Origin: a virus | Lineage: Duplodnaviria > Heunggongvirae > Uroviricota > Caudoviricetes | Direction: 5' to 3' (one strand) | Virus record (IMG/VR): IMGVR_UViG_2778261122_000004 | Location: 1 to 28,652 of that record | DNA: 28,652 bases | Shown here: positions 1 through 8,159 of the stretch, piece by piece | Numbering within the stretch: position 1 is the stretch's first letter | Layout: the number at the start of each line of letters is the position of its first letter | Translations under genes and position numbers: made by a program | The notes under the pieces: generated by a model | What the model was told of the DNA's origin: nothing | Database searches by the model: none | The model's input: the letters and a program-made list of their open reading frames with translations, nothing else

Positions 1-207
1 GTGGCTGAGTTAATTTTCTCTGCATTGAGGATTCTCGGTGCTATGTGGATGGTGGCGACATTCATTGTGGTTGCCAGCAGTTTTGTCCGGTTGGTAGGCG
101 AAGGTAAAGACCTGGTGGGTGTGCTTTTCGGTAGCATTCTCCTGTGGGTGATTATCGGTGTTGCGCCTGTCGCTGTAGCAAAAATGGCGTGGCGTTTTGT
201 GAGTTGA
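1..207 (+). CDS. hypothetical small membrane protein, probably 5'-truncated by the window edge
   Basis: ORF is open to position 1 (first codon GTG); product is strongly hydrophobic with two predicted TM segments; sits upstream of ninB where lambdoid phages carry small accessory genes. Confidence 0.35.
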   Translation: MAELIFSALRILGAMWMVATFIVVASSFVRLVGEGKDLVGVLFGSILLWVIIGVAPVAVAKMAWRFVS

Positions 208-224
208 ACTGAGGGTAAGTATCG

Positions 225-602
225 ATGGACGAATCAAGAAAGCAGTTTGAAGAAAGTTGGTTGCGACGTGGAGGCGAATCATCAGACCTTATCCGTTACC
301 CTGAAAATCACCATGAAATTGGCAGCGGTAATATTGGTGGTCAATACGTGATGGACGATGTTCAAGGCCACTGGCAAACGTGGCAGGCATCGCGAGCAGC
401 TATTGAACTGGATATCGACTGGCCCGAATCGAATGACGACTTTTGGAAAGATGGTGAAGAAGGTGCTTATGCGATGGGGCATGAGGATGGGAGGGACAAA
501 ACGGTAATTGCAGTGATGAAAGCTATCAGAGCCGCTGGAATTAAAGAGAAGAATTTCGATGAAGCAAATATACATACTTCGCAACGAAGCAATCAGAAAT
601 AA
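225..602 (+). CDS. hypothetical phage protein (acidic, 125 aa)
   Basis: ATG at 225 preceded by GAGGG; 3' end overlaps ninB start by 44 nt; no family recognised from sequence. Confidence 0.5.
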   Translation: MDESRKQFEESWLRRGGESSDLIRYPENHHEIGSGNIGGQYVMDDVQGHWQTWQASRAAIELDIDWPESNDDFWKDGEEGAYAMGHEDGRDKTVIAVMKAIRAAGIKEKNFDEANIHTSQRSNQK

Positions 603-1005
603 CGCCATAGACGCCATTCTCTCACTACCCATCGACGACAAGTCACCCCACGAAGTCCACGTTAGAGAACCCAAACGCAGCAAAGCGCAGAATGACCGTA
701 TGTGGCCGATGCTGAACGATGTTTCGCGTCAGGTGCTATGGCATGGTCAACGGCTGGCACCGGAAGACTGGAAAGACCTGTTCACTGCCCTGTGGCTTAA
801 GACCAAAAAACTGGAGCAACGAAGTGTTCCTGGTATCGACGGTGGCGTTGTCATGCTTGGCGTGCGTACCAGCAAAATGCGAAAGGCCAGCATGACTGAG
901 CTTATCGAAATCATGTTCTGGTTCGGCTCAGAGCGCAACGTGCGGTGGAGTGATGACTCCCGGCGAGAGTATGAATGGTCACAACGAAAAGGGAAGGCTG
1001 CATGA
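559..1005 (+). CDS. ninB: NinB/Orf-family recombination protein
   Basis: 148 aa, colinear with lambda NinB as recalled from memory (N-terminal MK..., central ...DVSRQV.WHG..L..E.WK..FTA..., C-terminal ...ERGV.WSD...EW); stop overlaps next start (ATGA). Confidence 0.9.
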   Translation: MKQIYILRNEAIRNNAIDAILSLPIDDKSPHEVHVREPKRSKAQNDRMWPMLNDVSRQVLWHGQRLAPEDWKDLFTALWLKTKKLEQRSVPGIDGGVVMLGVRTSKMRKASMTELIEIMFWFGSERNVRWSDDSRREYEWSQRKGKAA

Positions 1006-1529
1006 CTATCAAATCAAATACGCCAGCACACGACAAGGACTGCTGGCAAACGCCGCTCTGGCTTTTTGATGCACTGGATATTGAGTTTGGATTCTGGCTG
1101 GATTCGGCAGCGAGCGACAAAAACGCTCTGTGTGCTCACTGGCTAACTGAGGCCGACGACGCGCTCAATTCTGAGTGGGTAAGCCACGGTGCAATCTGGA
1201 ATAACCCACCGTACAGCAATATCAGGCCGTGGGTGGAAAAAGCCGCTGAGCAGTGCATACAACAGCGACAGACGGTAGTTATGCTTGTGCCAGAGGATAT
1301 GTCAGTCGGATGGTTCAGCAAGGCTCTGGAGAGTGTCGACGAAGTTCGCATTATCACTGATGGACGGATTAATTTTATCGAACCATCGACGGGGCTGGAG
1401 AAGAAGGGAAACAGCAAAGGCTCCATGCTGCTGATTTGGCGACCGTTCATCAGTCCTCGACGGATGTTTACTACTGTATCCAAAGCGGCATTGATGGCGA
1501 TCGGGCAGGGCGTCAGGAGGTACGAATGA
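1002..1529 (+). CDS. phage DNA N6-adenine methyltransferase (Dam-like, orphan)
   Basis: NPPY catalytic motif (WNNPPYSN) seen in translation; start ATG 1002 overlaps ninB stop; in lambda this position holds ninC/ninD. Confidence 0.85.
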   Translation: MTIKSNTPAHDKDCWQTPLWLFDALDIEFGFWLDSAASDKNALCAHWLTEADDALNSEWVSHGAIWNNPPYSNIRPWVEKAAEQCIQQRQTVVMLVPEDMSVGWFSKALESVDEVRIITDGRINFIEPSTGLEKKGNSKGSMLLIWRPFISPRRMFTTVSKAALMAIGQGVRRYE

Positions 1530-1717
1530 GACGACAGCGACGAAGTATCACCGACATCATCTGCGAAAACTGCAAATACCTTCCAACGAAACGCACCAGA
1601 AATAAACCCAAGCCAATCCCAAAAGAATCTGACGTAAAAACCTTCAACTACACGGCTCACCTGTGGGATATCCGGTGGCTAAGACATCGTGCGAGGAATA
1701 CAAGGGGATTGACGTGA
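1526..1717 (+). CDS. ninE: NinE protein
   Basis: Internal ATG at 1526 yields [23 protein letters not shown]..., near-identical to lambda NinE as recalled; ATGA overlap with methylase stop. The upstream in-frame extension from 1436 is rejected. Confidence 0.9.
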   Translation: MRRQRRSITDIICENCKYLPTKRTRNKPKPIPKESDVKTFNYTAHLWDIRWLRHRARNTRGLT

Positions 1718-1799
1718 TGATTTATTCGGGGCTATATTTCCGACGCGCCAGCAAAATCTGGCGTCGGGATTGGCGTCCCGGATAGAGACCGCGACAGAC

Positions 1800-1823
1800 A
1801 CACGCCGCGAGCGTGTTTTTTTA
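1800..1823 (+). terminator. intrinsic terminator in nin region (tR3/tR4 analogue)
   Basis: 6-bp stem acacgc/gcgtgt (1800-1805 / 1811-1816), 5-nt loop, then T6 run 1817-1822. Confidence 0.6.
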
Positions 1824-1983
1824 TTGTCGAATGCACGCGCACATCTGAATTATGGTGGGCTGTGTGGGGGCGGAGAGATCCGCGCCGGTCGGTTTCCCGG
1901 TTACGCCAACCCTGCACAGTTCACCACCAGACGATTGGCGTCGTCGGTGGTGAGTTATTTAGAAACCACTCGAGGGCGTCATT

Positions 1984-2664
1984 ATGACAACTCAAATCTC
2001 TGTTGAAACTCTCTCCCCGATCACCCATAACCAGATTCCTGTTATCACCACCGAACTTTTGGCGCAGCTTTATGACACAGAAATTCTGAATATCCAGGTT
2101 AACTTCACCAGAAATAAAGAGCGTTTTGTCGAAGGAAAGCACTTTTTTAAAGCAGTGGGTGAAGAATTAAAAAATTTGCGACTTACTTTAAGTAAGTCAC
2201 AAAATCCCATCTCTCCCAAAACCCGCTCCCTCATCCTCTGGACAGAACGCGGCGCAGCCCGTCACGCCAAAATGCTCGAAACCGATCAGGCGTGGGATGT
2301 GTTCGAAAAACTGGAAGACTGCTATTTCAGCCAGTGCGAGAAAAATACTGGCAAACAAGAGAAGAGCACCAACGAGCTTTCCGCAAAAGAAGCAAACAGC
2401 CTTGTATGGTTGTGGGATTATGCTAACCGCTCACAGGCATTATTCCGCGAACTGTATCCGGCATTGAAACTGATTCAATCGAACTATTCCGGGAGATGCT
2501 ACGACTATGGTCATGAGTTCTCGTATGTTATCGGAATGGCGAGAGACGTTTTAATTAATCACACACGAGATGTTGATATTAATGAGCCAGACGGACCAAC
2601 GAACCTTTCCGCATGGGTAAGGCTTAAGAGCAAAGAATTACCTCCTTCACTGCATCGTTACTGA
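1984..2664 (+). CDS. putative antirepressor-like/DNA-binding protein (Roi/ORF6N-like)
   Basis: ATG 1984 with GAGGG 8 nt upstream; N-terminal region resembles ORF6N-type antirepressor domains (family call from memory, not searched); located between two intrinsic terminators. Confidence 0.5.
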   Translation: MTTQISVETLSPITHNQIPVITTELLAQLYDTEILNIQVNFTRNKERFVEGKHFFKAVGEELKNLRLTLSKSQNPISPKTRSLILWTERGAARHAKMLETDQAWDVFEKLEDCYFSQCEKNTGKQEKSTNELSAKEANSLVWLWDYANRSQALFRELYPALKLIQSNYSGRCYDYGHEFSYVIGMARDVLINHTRDVDINEPDGPTNLSAWVRLKSKELPPSLHRY

Positions 2665-2683
2665 CAATTGACAACTTAACAAA

Positions 2684-2707
2684 CCCAGCTTCGGCTGGGT
2701 TTTTTAT
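2684..2707 (+). terminator. intrinsic terminator
   Basis: cccagc / ttcg / gctggg hairpin (2684-2699) followed by TTTTTTATT. Confidence 0.7.
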
Positions 2708-2738
2708 TGCTGAATTTTCAATATGAGAGGACATGACA

Positions 2739-3461
2739 ATGAATGAGCTGATAAATAGCAGCATCATCAAAATGACCAGCATTGAAATCGCTGAGTTGGT
2801 GGGAAGTCGTCATGACAAGGTGAAACAATCCATTGAACGACTGGCGGCTCGAGGTGTGATCCGAAATCCCCCAATGGTGGTTTTCGAAAAAATCAATAAC
2901 TTAGGATTACTTCGTGGCGTAGAGGCTTACGTTTTTGAGGGCGAACAAGGTAAGCGCGACAGCATCATTGTTGTCGCTCAGTTGTCGCCAGAGTTCACCG
3001 CTCGCCTTGTTGACCGCTGGCGAGAACTTGAAGGGGCAACTGCGAAAATCCCACAAACCTTTTCTGAGGCATTGCGCCTTGCGGCTGACCTTGAAGACCA
3101 GAAGGCTGAACTGGAGAAACAGCTTGCTCTCGCAGCACCTAAAGTTGAGTTTGCCGATCGCGTTGGCGAGGCCAGCGGAATTTTGATTGGAAACTTTGCA
3201 AAGGTTGTTGGTATTGGTCCAAACAAACTGTTTGCGTGGATGCGCGATCACAAAATCCTTATTGCTTCAGGTTCCCGGCGCAATGTGCCAATGCAGGAAT
3301 ATATGGATCGCGGCTATTTCACAGTGAAAGAAACAGCGGTCAACACAAATCACGGAATACAGATATCGTTCACCACAAAAATCACCGGGCGTGGTCAACA
3401 GTGGCTGACCAGAAAGCTGCTCGATAACGGAATGCTGAAAGTAACAGGGGAGGCTGCTTAA
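2739..3461 (+). CDS. phage regulatory protein Rha / antirepressor (Ant-like)
   Basis: N-terminus (..MTSIEIAELVGSRHDKVKQSIERL..) matches the Rha-family N-terminal motif as recalled; start placed at ATG 2739 (SD gagagga 7 nt upstream) rather than ATG 2733. Confidence 0.65.
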   Translation: MNELINSSIIKMTSIEIAELVGSRHDKVKQSIERLAARGVIRNPPMVVFEKINNLGLLRGVEAYVFEGEQGKRDSIIVVAQLSPEFTARLVDRWRELEGATAKIPQTFSEALRLAADLEDQKAELEKQLALAAPKVEFADRVGEASGILIGNFAKVVGIGPNKLFAWMRDHKILIASGSRRNVPMQEYMDRGYFTVKETAVNTNHGIQISFTTKITGRGQQWLTRKLLDNGMLKVTGEAA

Positions 3462-3751
3462 TGGCTAACCTACGCAAAGAAGCACGCGGCAGAGAATGCC
3501 AGGTACGTATTTACGGTGTATGCAATGGCAATCCTGAAACTACAGTTCTGGCACATTACCGGATGGCTGGAATTTGCGGAACTGGAATGAAGCCTGACGA
3601 CCTGATCGGCGCATGGGCTTGTAGCGCGTGTCACGATGAAATCGACCGACGCACCCATAATCTCGACAACAAAGACGCCAGACTTTACCACCTCGAAGGC
3701 GTGATCAGGACGCAGGCGATACTGCTGAAGGAGGGGAAGATTAAGTCATGA
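3461..3751 (+). CDS. ybcO: YbcO-like protein (DUF1364 family, Cys-rich)
   Basis: 96 aa with several Cys/His; directly upstream of rusA as in the DLP12 prophage arrangement (ninE-ybcO-rusA); translationally coupled. Confidence 0.65.
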   Translation: MANLRKEARGRECQVRIYGVCNGNPETTVLAHYRMAGICGTGMKPDDLIGAWACSACHDEIDRRTHNLDNKDARLYHLEGVIRTQAILLKEGKIKS

Positions 3752-4143
3752 AAACCTACCGAATAAAATTGCCGTGGCCTCCTTCAAACAACCGATATTG
3801 GCGACACTCAAGAGGGATCCACTACATCAGCGACTGGGGGAAGAGATACCGAAAAGAAGTAATCGAATTAATCCAGCAACAACAGCTAGACATCAAAATC
3901 ACACCTCGCATCAGAATAACCATCCACGCAGCACCTCCCGATAACCGCAAACGAGATTTGGACAATCTGCCCAAAGCCGTTTTTGACGCACTCACCAGTG
4001 CGGGCTTCTGGCTGGATGACGGTCAGATAGACGATATGCGCATCAAGCGCTATCAGGCGATTAAAGGTGGAATGCTTGTGTTGGTTGTGACTGAAACATG
4101 CGGGAGTTTGCCAATTATTACAGAGCTACTGGAGGCCGCATGA
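3748..4143 (+). CDS. rusA: RusA Holliday junction resolvase
   Basis: N-terminal ..LPWPPSNNRY.. and catalytic acidic cluster RKRDLDNLPKAVFDALTSAGFWLDDGQIDD seen in translation; ATGA overlaps on both sides. Confidence 0.9.
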   Translation: MKTYRIKLPWPPSNNRYWRHSRGIHYISDWGKRYRKEVIELIQQQQLDIKITPRIRITIHAAPPDNRKRDLDNLPKAVFDALTSAGFWLDDGQIDDMRIKRYQAIKGGMLVLVVTETCGSLPIITELLEAA

Positions 4144-4346
4144 CGTTCTCAGTAAAAACCATTCCAGACATGCTCGTTGAAGCATACGGAAACCAGACAG
4201 AAGTAGCACGCAGACTGAAATGTAGTCGCGGTACGGTCAGAAAATACGTTGATGATAAAGACGGGAAAATGCACGCCATCGTCAACGACGTTCTCATGGT
4301 TCATCGCGGATGGAGTGAAAGAGATGCGCTATTACGAAAGAATTGA
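4140..4346 (+). CDS. ninH: NinH protein
   Basis: Internal ATG 4140 gives [37 protein letters not shown]..., matching lambda NinH as recalled; the upstream in-frame extension from 4098 is rejected. Confidence 0.85.
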   Translation: MTFSVKTIPDMLVEAYGNQTEVARRLKCSRGTVRKYVDDKDGKMHAIVNDVLMVHRGWSERDALLRKN

Positions 4347-4995
4347 TGGCAGCAAATACCGAAATATTTGGGTAGTTGGCGACCTGCACGGTTGCTACAC
4401 GAACCTGATGAACAAACTGGATACGATTGGATTCGACACCAAAAAAGACCTGCTTATCTCGGTTGGCGATTTGGTTGATCGCGGTACAGAGAACATCGAA
4501 TGTCTGGAATTAATCACATTCCCCTGGTTCAGAGCTGTACGTGGAAACCATGAGCAAATGATGATTGATGGCTTATCAGAGCGTGGAAACGTTAATCACT
4601 GGCTGCTTAATGGCGGTGGCTGGTTCTTTAATCTCGATTACGACAAAGAAATTCTGGCTAAAGCTCTTGCCCATAAAGCAGAAGAACTTCCGTTAATCAT
4701 CGAACTGGTGAGTAAAGGTAAAAAATATGTCATCTGCCACGCCGATTATCCTTGTGACGAATACAAATTTGGAAAGCCAGTTGATCATCAGCAGGTAATC
4801 TGGAACCGCGAACGAATCAGCAACTCACAAGACGGGATCGTGAAAGAAATTAAAGGCGCGGACACGTTTATCTTTGGTCATACGCCAGCAGTGAAACCAC
4901 TCAAATTTGCCAACCAGATGTATATCGATACTGGGGCAGTGTTCTGCGGAAATCTCACATTGATTCAGGTACAGGGAGAAGGCGCGTGGGCATAA
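4324..4995 (+). CDS. ninI: Ser/Thr protein phosphatase NinI (lambda PPase-like)
   Basis: Metallophosphatase motifs GDLHG, GDLVDRG and GNHE present; N-terminus [24 protein letters not shown] matches lambda phosphatase as recalled; start at internal ATG 4324. Confidence 0.9.
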   Translation: MRYYERIDGSKYRNIWVVGDLHGCYTNLMNKLDTIGFDTKKDLLISVGDLVDRGTENIECLELITFPWFRAVRGNHEQMMIDGLSERGNVNHWLLNGGGWFFNLDYDKEILAKALAHKAEELPLIIELVSKGKKYVICHADYPCDEYKFGKPVDHQQVIWNRERISNSQDGIVKEIKGADTFIFGHTPAVKPLKFANQMYIDTGAVFCGNLTLIQVQGEGAWA

Positions 4996-5474
4996 GAGAA
5001 CTAAACCTCACCAAAGAACAGCATGAGTGGCTGAATGGCTGGCTTGAACTGTGGGGCGCATGGGTTTATTCAGGTCGTCTGGAAAAGCGCATGAGCAGCG
5101 TAATAGCGAAGTTCATGGAGAGCGTAGAGCCGGGAAGAGTTATGACAAGGCCAATGTGTAATGATGATGATGGAATGTTGATTTCTCAGGTCGTCGATTC
5201 CGTCATGTACATTGACAAGAAAGCCTTTGGAATCCTCCTCAGCTACTACGCTCATGGCTCTTCCAAGCACGCCATTGCATCTTACTATCATCGCGTCGCA
5301 AGACCTCGCAAGATGTTATGCCGTGGCGGCGGGCGCATTCAAAAACCATCGCTCGCAACCTGTCGACGGGAAGTTGACGAAATCCTTAATGCCTCGTTGT
5401 TTATGATTTACCCGGTTCTGGATAGTGCGTTTAAAAATCGGAAACGTGTAGAGAAAATTAAACATGTAGCATAG
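4986..5474 (+). CDS. Q: late-gene antiterminator Q (non-lambda type, possibly phage-21-like)
   Basis: Position between the nin region and the late promoter/lysis cassette; 162 aa if started at GTG 4986 (overlaps ninI stop); next in-frame ATG is 5091. Family assigned by synteny and recalled size, not by alignment. Confidence 0.6.
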   Translation: MGIRELNLTKEQHEWLNGWLELWGAWVYSGRLEKRMSSVIAKFMESVEPGRVMTRPMCNDDDGMLISQVVDSVMYIDKKAFGILLSYYAHGSSKHAIASYYHRVARPRKMLCRGGGRIQKPSLATCRREVDEILNASLFMIYPVLDSAFKNRKRVEKIKHVA

Positions 5475-5480
5475 AACGTG

Positions 5481-5511
5481 TTGACATCATTGAGCAAATG
5501 AGCAACACTAT
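5481..5511 (+). promoter_or_regulatory. candidate late promoter (pR'-like) just after Q
   Basis: Perfect -35 TTGACA at 5481-5486, 7 nt after the Q stop; the -10 is weak (aacact/cactat at 17-19 nt spacing). Confidence 0.3.
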
Positions 5512-5520
5512 TGGCATAAG

Positions 5521-5561
5521 CTGCCGTTAGTGACTCTTAAGTTGCAACGGTGGCTTTTTTT
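5521..5561 (+). terminator. candidate intrinsic terminator or pause hairpin (tR'-like)
   Basis: ctgccgtt (5521-5528) pairs with aacggtgg (5546-5553) including two G-U pairs, large loop, then T7 run 5555-5561. Confidence 0.35.
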
Positions 5562-5565
5562 ATTT

Positions 5566-5640
5566 GGGTCAGTCGCATAAAGGTCATTACGGAAGGCTGT
5601 TAACCTTCTTATCGTGGTTCGAGTCCACGCTGTCCCGCCA
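5566..5640 (+). tRNA. tRNA-like gene, anticodon GUU (Asn-like), degenerate D-arm
   Basis: Hand fold: acceptor gggtcag/ctgtccc (one T-T mismatch), anticodon stem gaagg/ccttc with loop ctGTTaa, T-arm cgtgg-ttcgagt-ccacg, discriminator G, encoded CCA; D-stem pairs only 2 of 4. Confidence 0.4.
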
Positions 5641-5645
5641 AATAT

Positions 5646-5721
5646 GCTGGTTTAGCTCCAATGGTAGAGCAGTCGCCTTGTAAGCGAATGGGTAGCGGTT
5701 CAAGTCCGTTAACCAGCACCA
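5646..5721 (+). tRNA. tRNA-Thr (anticodon UGU)
   Basis: Hand fold: acceptor gctggtt/aaccagc (7 bp), U8 A9, D-arm gctc-caatggta-gagc, anticodon arm gtcgc-ctTGTaa-gcgaa (one mismatch at 27-43), T-arm agcgg-ttcaagt-ccgtt, discriminator A, CCA; G1-C72 and C2-G71 fit Thr identity. Confidence 0.7.
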
Positions 5722-5839
5722 TAACTGAGCCGTAGCCACTGGCTATCCTGAACTCATCAGTGATAGTTATGCCGCGGCCTTCTTTTTTCCCCTTCCCAAT
5801 ATAAGAACTACGCAATCCGTTACTTGCGGAGGCGTTGCT

Positions 5840-6055
5840 ATGAAATCAATGGACAAAATCTCTACTGGCATTGCCTACGGAACATCCGCTGGTAGTGCGG
5901 GATACTGGTTTTTACAGTGGTTGGATCAGGTCAGTCCGTCACAGTGGGCTGCAATTGGTGTGCTGGGAAGTCTAGTTCTGGGCTTTTTGACTTATCTGAC
6001 AAATCTGTACTTCAAAATCAGAGAAGACAGAAGAAAGGCTGCGAGAGGTGAATAA
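5840..6055 (+). CDS. S: phage-21-type class II holin (pinholin S21) with dual-start motif
   Basis: 71 aa; [30 protein letters not shown]... matches S21 as recalled; Met1-Lys2-Ser3-Met4 dual start; two TM segments; SD gcggagg upstream. Confidence 0.9.
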   Translation: MKSMDKISTGIAYGTSAGSAGYWFLQWLDQVSPSQWAAIGVLGSLVLGFLTYLTNLYFKIREDRRKAARGE

Positions 6056-6552
6056 TGCCTCCGTCATTACGAAAAGCTGTTGCAGCTGCTATTGGTGGCG
6101 GGGCTATTGCTATAGCATCAGTGTTAATCACTGGTCCAGGTGGTAACGATGGTCTGGAAGGTGTCAGCTACATACCATACAAAGATATCGTTGGCGTATG
6201 GACTGTATGTCACGGGCATACAGGAAAAGACATCATTCCCGGTAAAACGTATACCGAAGCAGAATGCAAAGCCCTCCTGAATAAAGACCTTGCCACGGTA
6301 GCCAGACAAATTAACCCGTACATCAAAGTCGATATACCGGAAACAACGCGCGGCGCTCTTTACTCATTCGTTTACAACGTGGGTGCTGGCAATTTCAGAA
6401 CATCGACGCTTCTGCGCAAAATCAACCAGGGCGATATCAAAGGCGCATGTGATCAGCTACGTCGCTGGACATACGCTGGCGGTAAGCAATGGAAAGGTCT
6501 GATGACTCGTCGTGAGATTGAGCGTGAAGTCTGTTTGTGGGGGCAACAATGA
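6055..6552 (+). CDS. R: SAR endolysin (R21-like lysozyme)
   Basis: 165 aa; N-terminal Gly/Ala-rich signal-arrest-release segment [20 protein letters not shown]; lysozyme catalytic region ..[17 protein letters not shown]..; start overlaps S stop (TAATG). Confidence 0.9.
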   Translation: MPPSLRKAVAAAIGGGAIAIASVLITGPGGNDGLEGVSYIPYKDIVGVWTVCHGHTGKDIIPGKTYTEAECKALLNKDLATVARQINPYIKVDIPETTRGALYSFVYNVGAGNFRTSTLLRKINQGDIKGACDQLRRWTYAGGKQWKGLMTRREIEREVCLWGQQ

Positions 6553-6640
6553 GCATGATTTGCTTTTTCATGGCAGCGTTGCTCGCATTCAATGGCAACG
6601 ATGCGTGGCCGTGGTTTCTGGCCGTTGGAGTGTTGATGTC

Positions 6641-7078
6641 ATGAGTCGGTTAACCGCGATTATCTCCGCTCTGGTTATCTGCATCATCGTCTGCCTGTCA
6701 TGGGCTGTTAATCATTACCGTGATAACGCAATCGCCTACAAAGAGCAGCGCGATAAGGCCGCATCCACAATCGCTGACATGCAGAAGCGTCAACGTGATG
6801 TAGCAGAACTTGACGCCAGATACACAAAGGAGCTTGCTGATGCTAACGCGACTATCGAAAGTCTCCGTGCTGATGTTTCTGCTGGTCGTAAGCGCCTGCA
6901 AGTCGCCGCCACCTGTGCAAAGTCAACGACCGGAGCCAGCGGCATGGGCAATGGAGAAAGCCCAAGACTTACAGCAGATGCTGAACTCAATTATTACCGT
7001 CTCCGAAGCGGAATCGACAGGATAACCGCGCAGGTTAACTACCTGCAGGAATACATCAGGACGCAATGCCTGAAATAA
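6641..7078 (+). CDS. Rz: spanin, inner-membrane subunit Rz (i-spanin)
   Basis: Internal ATG 6641 gives [30 protein letters not shown]..., colinear with lambda Rz as recalled; the upstream in-frame extension from 6512 is rejected. Confidence 0.85.
   Translation: MSRLTAIISALVICIIVCLSWAVNHYRDNAIAYKEQRDKAASTIADMQKRQRDVAELDARYTKELADANATIESLRADVSAGRKRLQVAATCAKSTTGASGMGNGESPRLTADAELNYYRLRSGIDRITAQVNYLQEYIRTQCLK
6840..7025 (+). CDS. Rz1: spanin, outer-membrane lipoprotein subunit Rz1 (o-spanin), embedded in Rz
   Basis: +1 frame inside Rz; [27 protein letters not shown]... has a signal peptide with lipobox VSAC, Lys at +2 and a Pro-rich mature region. Confidence 0.8.
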   Translation: MLTRLSKVSVLMFLLVVSACKSPPPVQSQRPEPAAWAMEKAQDLQQMLNSIITVSEAESTG

Positions 7079-7109
7079 TTTTTTTGCAAATCACAAAGTC
7101 CATTTAATG

Positions 7110-7134
7110 AGCCTCGCGATGCGGGGCTTTTTTT
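7110..7134 (+). terminator. strong intrinsic terminator after the lysis cassette
   Basis: agcctcgc / gat / gcggggct 8-bp GC-rich stem (7110-7128) followed by T7 run. Confidence 0.8.
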
Positions 7135-7283
7135 ACATCTGAATTTCACAGCGCATCTCACGCGCATATTACATCACCCGAGCCTTTCAGAAAGTTGAGC
7201 CTGAGAACTGCCGTATATGGTGGCGACCATCTCGGGGCGGCTTTTCTGTGAGACAGGCTCACTTTCTAAAAGGTAAAGACGCT

Positions 7284-7772
7284 ATGAACCAATTAGAAGA
7301 AAAGCTTCAAAGAATGATTTCCTTATACAAGGAAGATAACTGCCAAAAAGTTCCTGAAAACATCGCAGAGTTAATGGAATTGGCAAGTGAATTTTCTGGC
7401 ATGCTTAAGTCGTCAGGTGTTCGGTCAGCGTTCTTTGTTGAAATGCTGATGCACGGCGGACTTATGGCAACAATGAGACGTGTAATGGAAGACCAGAGAA
7501 AAGAGCCTCCTCAGGTATACGTTTTGTCATCGAAGAAAACTGGGCTAACCAAAATTGGGTATTCATCCAACATTCCACAACGCATCAAATCGCTTGGCAA
7601 CTCTGGACCAGACTGCTTGAAGCTTGAGTGCCTGATCCCTGGTGGAAGAGAAACTGAAAACATGCTTCATCGCAAATTTGCCGCAAAGAGAAAGCACGGT
7701 GAATGGTTCGCCCTGTCCAAGGATGACATTGAGGGATTGAAATCTGTAGCGATTACTTCCGATGGCTATTAA
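7284..7772 (+). CDS. moron protein with C-terminal T5orf172-like (GIY-YIG-like) domain
   Basis: ATG 7284 with AAAGG SD preferred over GTG 7248; C-terminal ..VYVLSSKKTGLTKIGYSSNIPQRIKSLG....ECLIPGGRETENMLHRKF..HGEWFALS.. fits the T5orf172 pattern as recalled; AT-rich by eye. Confidence 0.65.
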   Translation: MNQLEEKLQRMISLYKEDNCQKVPENIAELMELASEFSGMLKSSGVRSAFFVEMLMHGGLMATMRRVMEDQRKEPPQVYVLSSKKTGLTKIGYSSNIPQRIKSLGNSGPDCLKLECLIPGGRETENMLHRKFAAKRKHGEWFALSKDDIEGLKSVAITSDGY

Positions 7773-8159
7773 TGCTTGTTTAGAGCAATTTTCATAACAA
7801 CTCTTCATTACAAAGCCCATCTACTGGTGGGCTTGATAATGAAACCGTGATTTACATCCCCACAATCCGGGTATGTAAAAGATAGTTCAGGCGAGAACGG
7901 ATTTAACTAAATCTGTGCGCCACCAGTTAACGGCAGTACCACGAAACAACCCAAGCCAGTAAGTGGGGAAATAACACTGGCAGCCACTGAAAGATGAACC
8001 TCCTGCCTGATGGCAAAAAAGATTCTTTGTGGTGGCGGACTGATGGAAAGACATCGGTTATTGCAGAGGCCATTCAATGAGTGGTCTCGACAATGGCTTA
8101 TACCCTACACGGGATAACTTAACTGATATCCCTTTTAACGGATAAACGGAGCACAAATA

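Noticed and set aside
1436-1525. Upstream in-frame extension of ninE (ORF track start 1436)
   Set aside because: Recalled NinE begins MRRQRR, which corresponds to ATG 1526; the extension would overlap the methylase by 90 nt.
1136-1660. 174-aa minus-strand ORF
   Set aside because: Antisense to the Dam-like methylase and ninE, both supported by recognisable motifs; shadow ORF.
5609-5815. 68-aa minus-strand ORF
   Set aside because: Overlaps the two tRNA-like sequences antisense; the tRNA folds explain this region better.
5722-5839. Possible third tRNA or terminator downstream of the tRNA pair
   Set aside because: No cloverleaf could be folded by hand; the gccgcggc palindrome plus T-run at 5771-5788 is too short a stem to call as a terminator.
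6512-6640. Upstream in-frame extension of Rz (ORF track start 6512)
   Set aside because: Starts inside the endolysin gene; Rz homologues begin at MSR(L/V)TAI, i.e. ATG 6641.
7248-7283. GTG-initiated extension of the T5orf172-like gene
   Set aside because: Position 7248 is GTG with no SD, whereas ATG 7284 has an AAAGG SD at good spacing.
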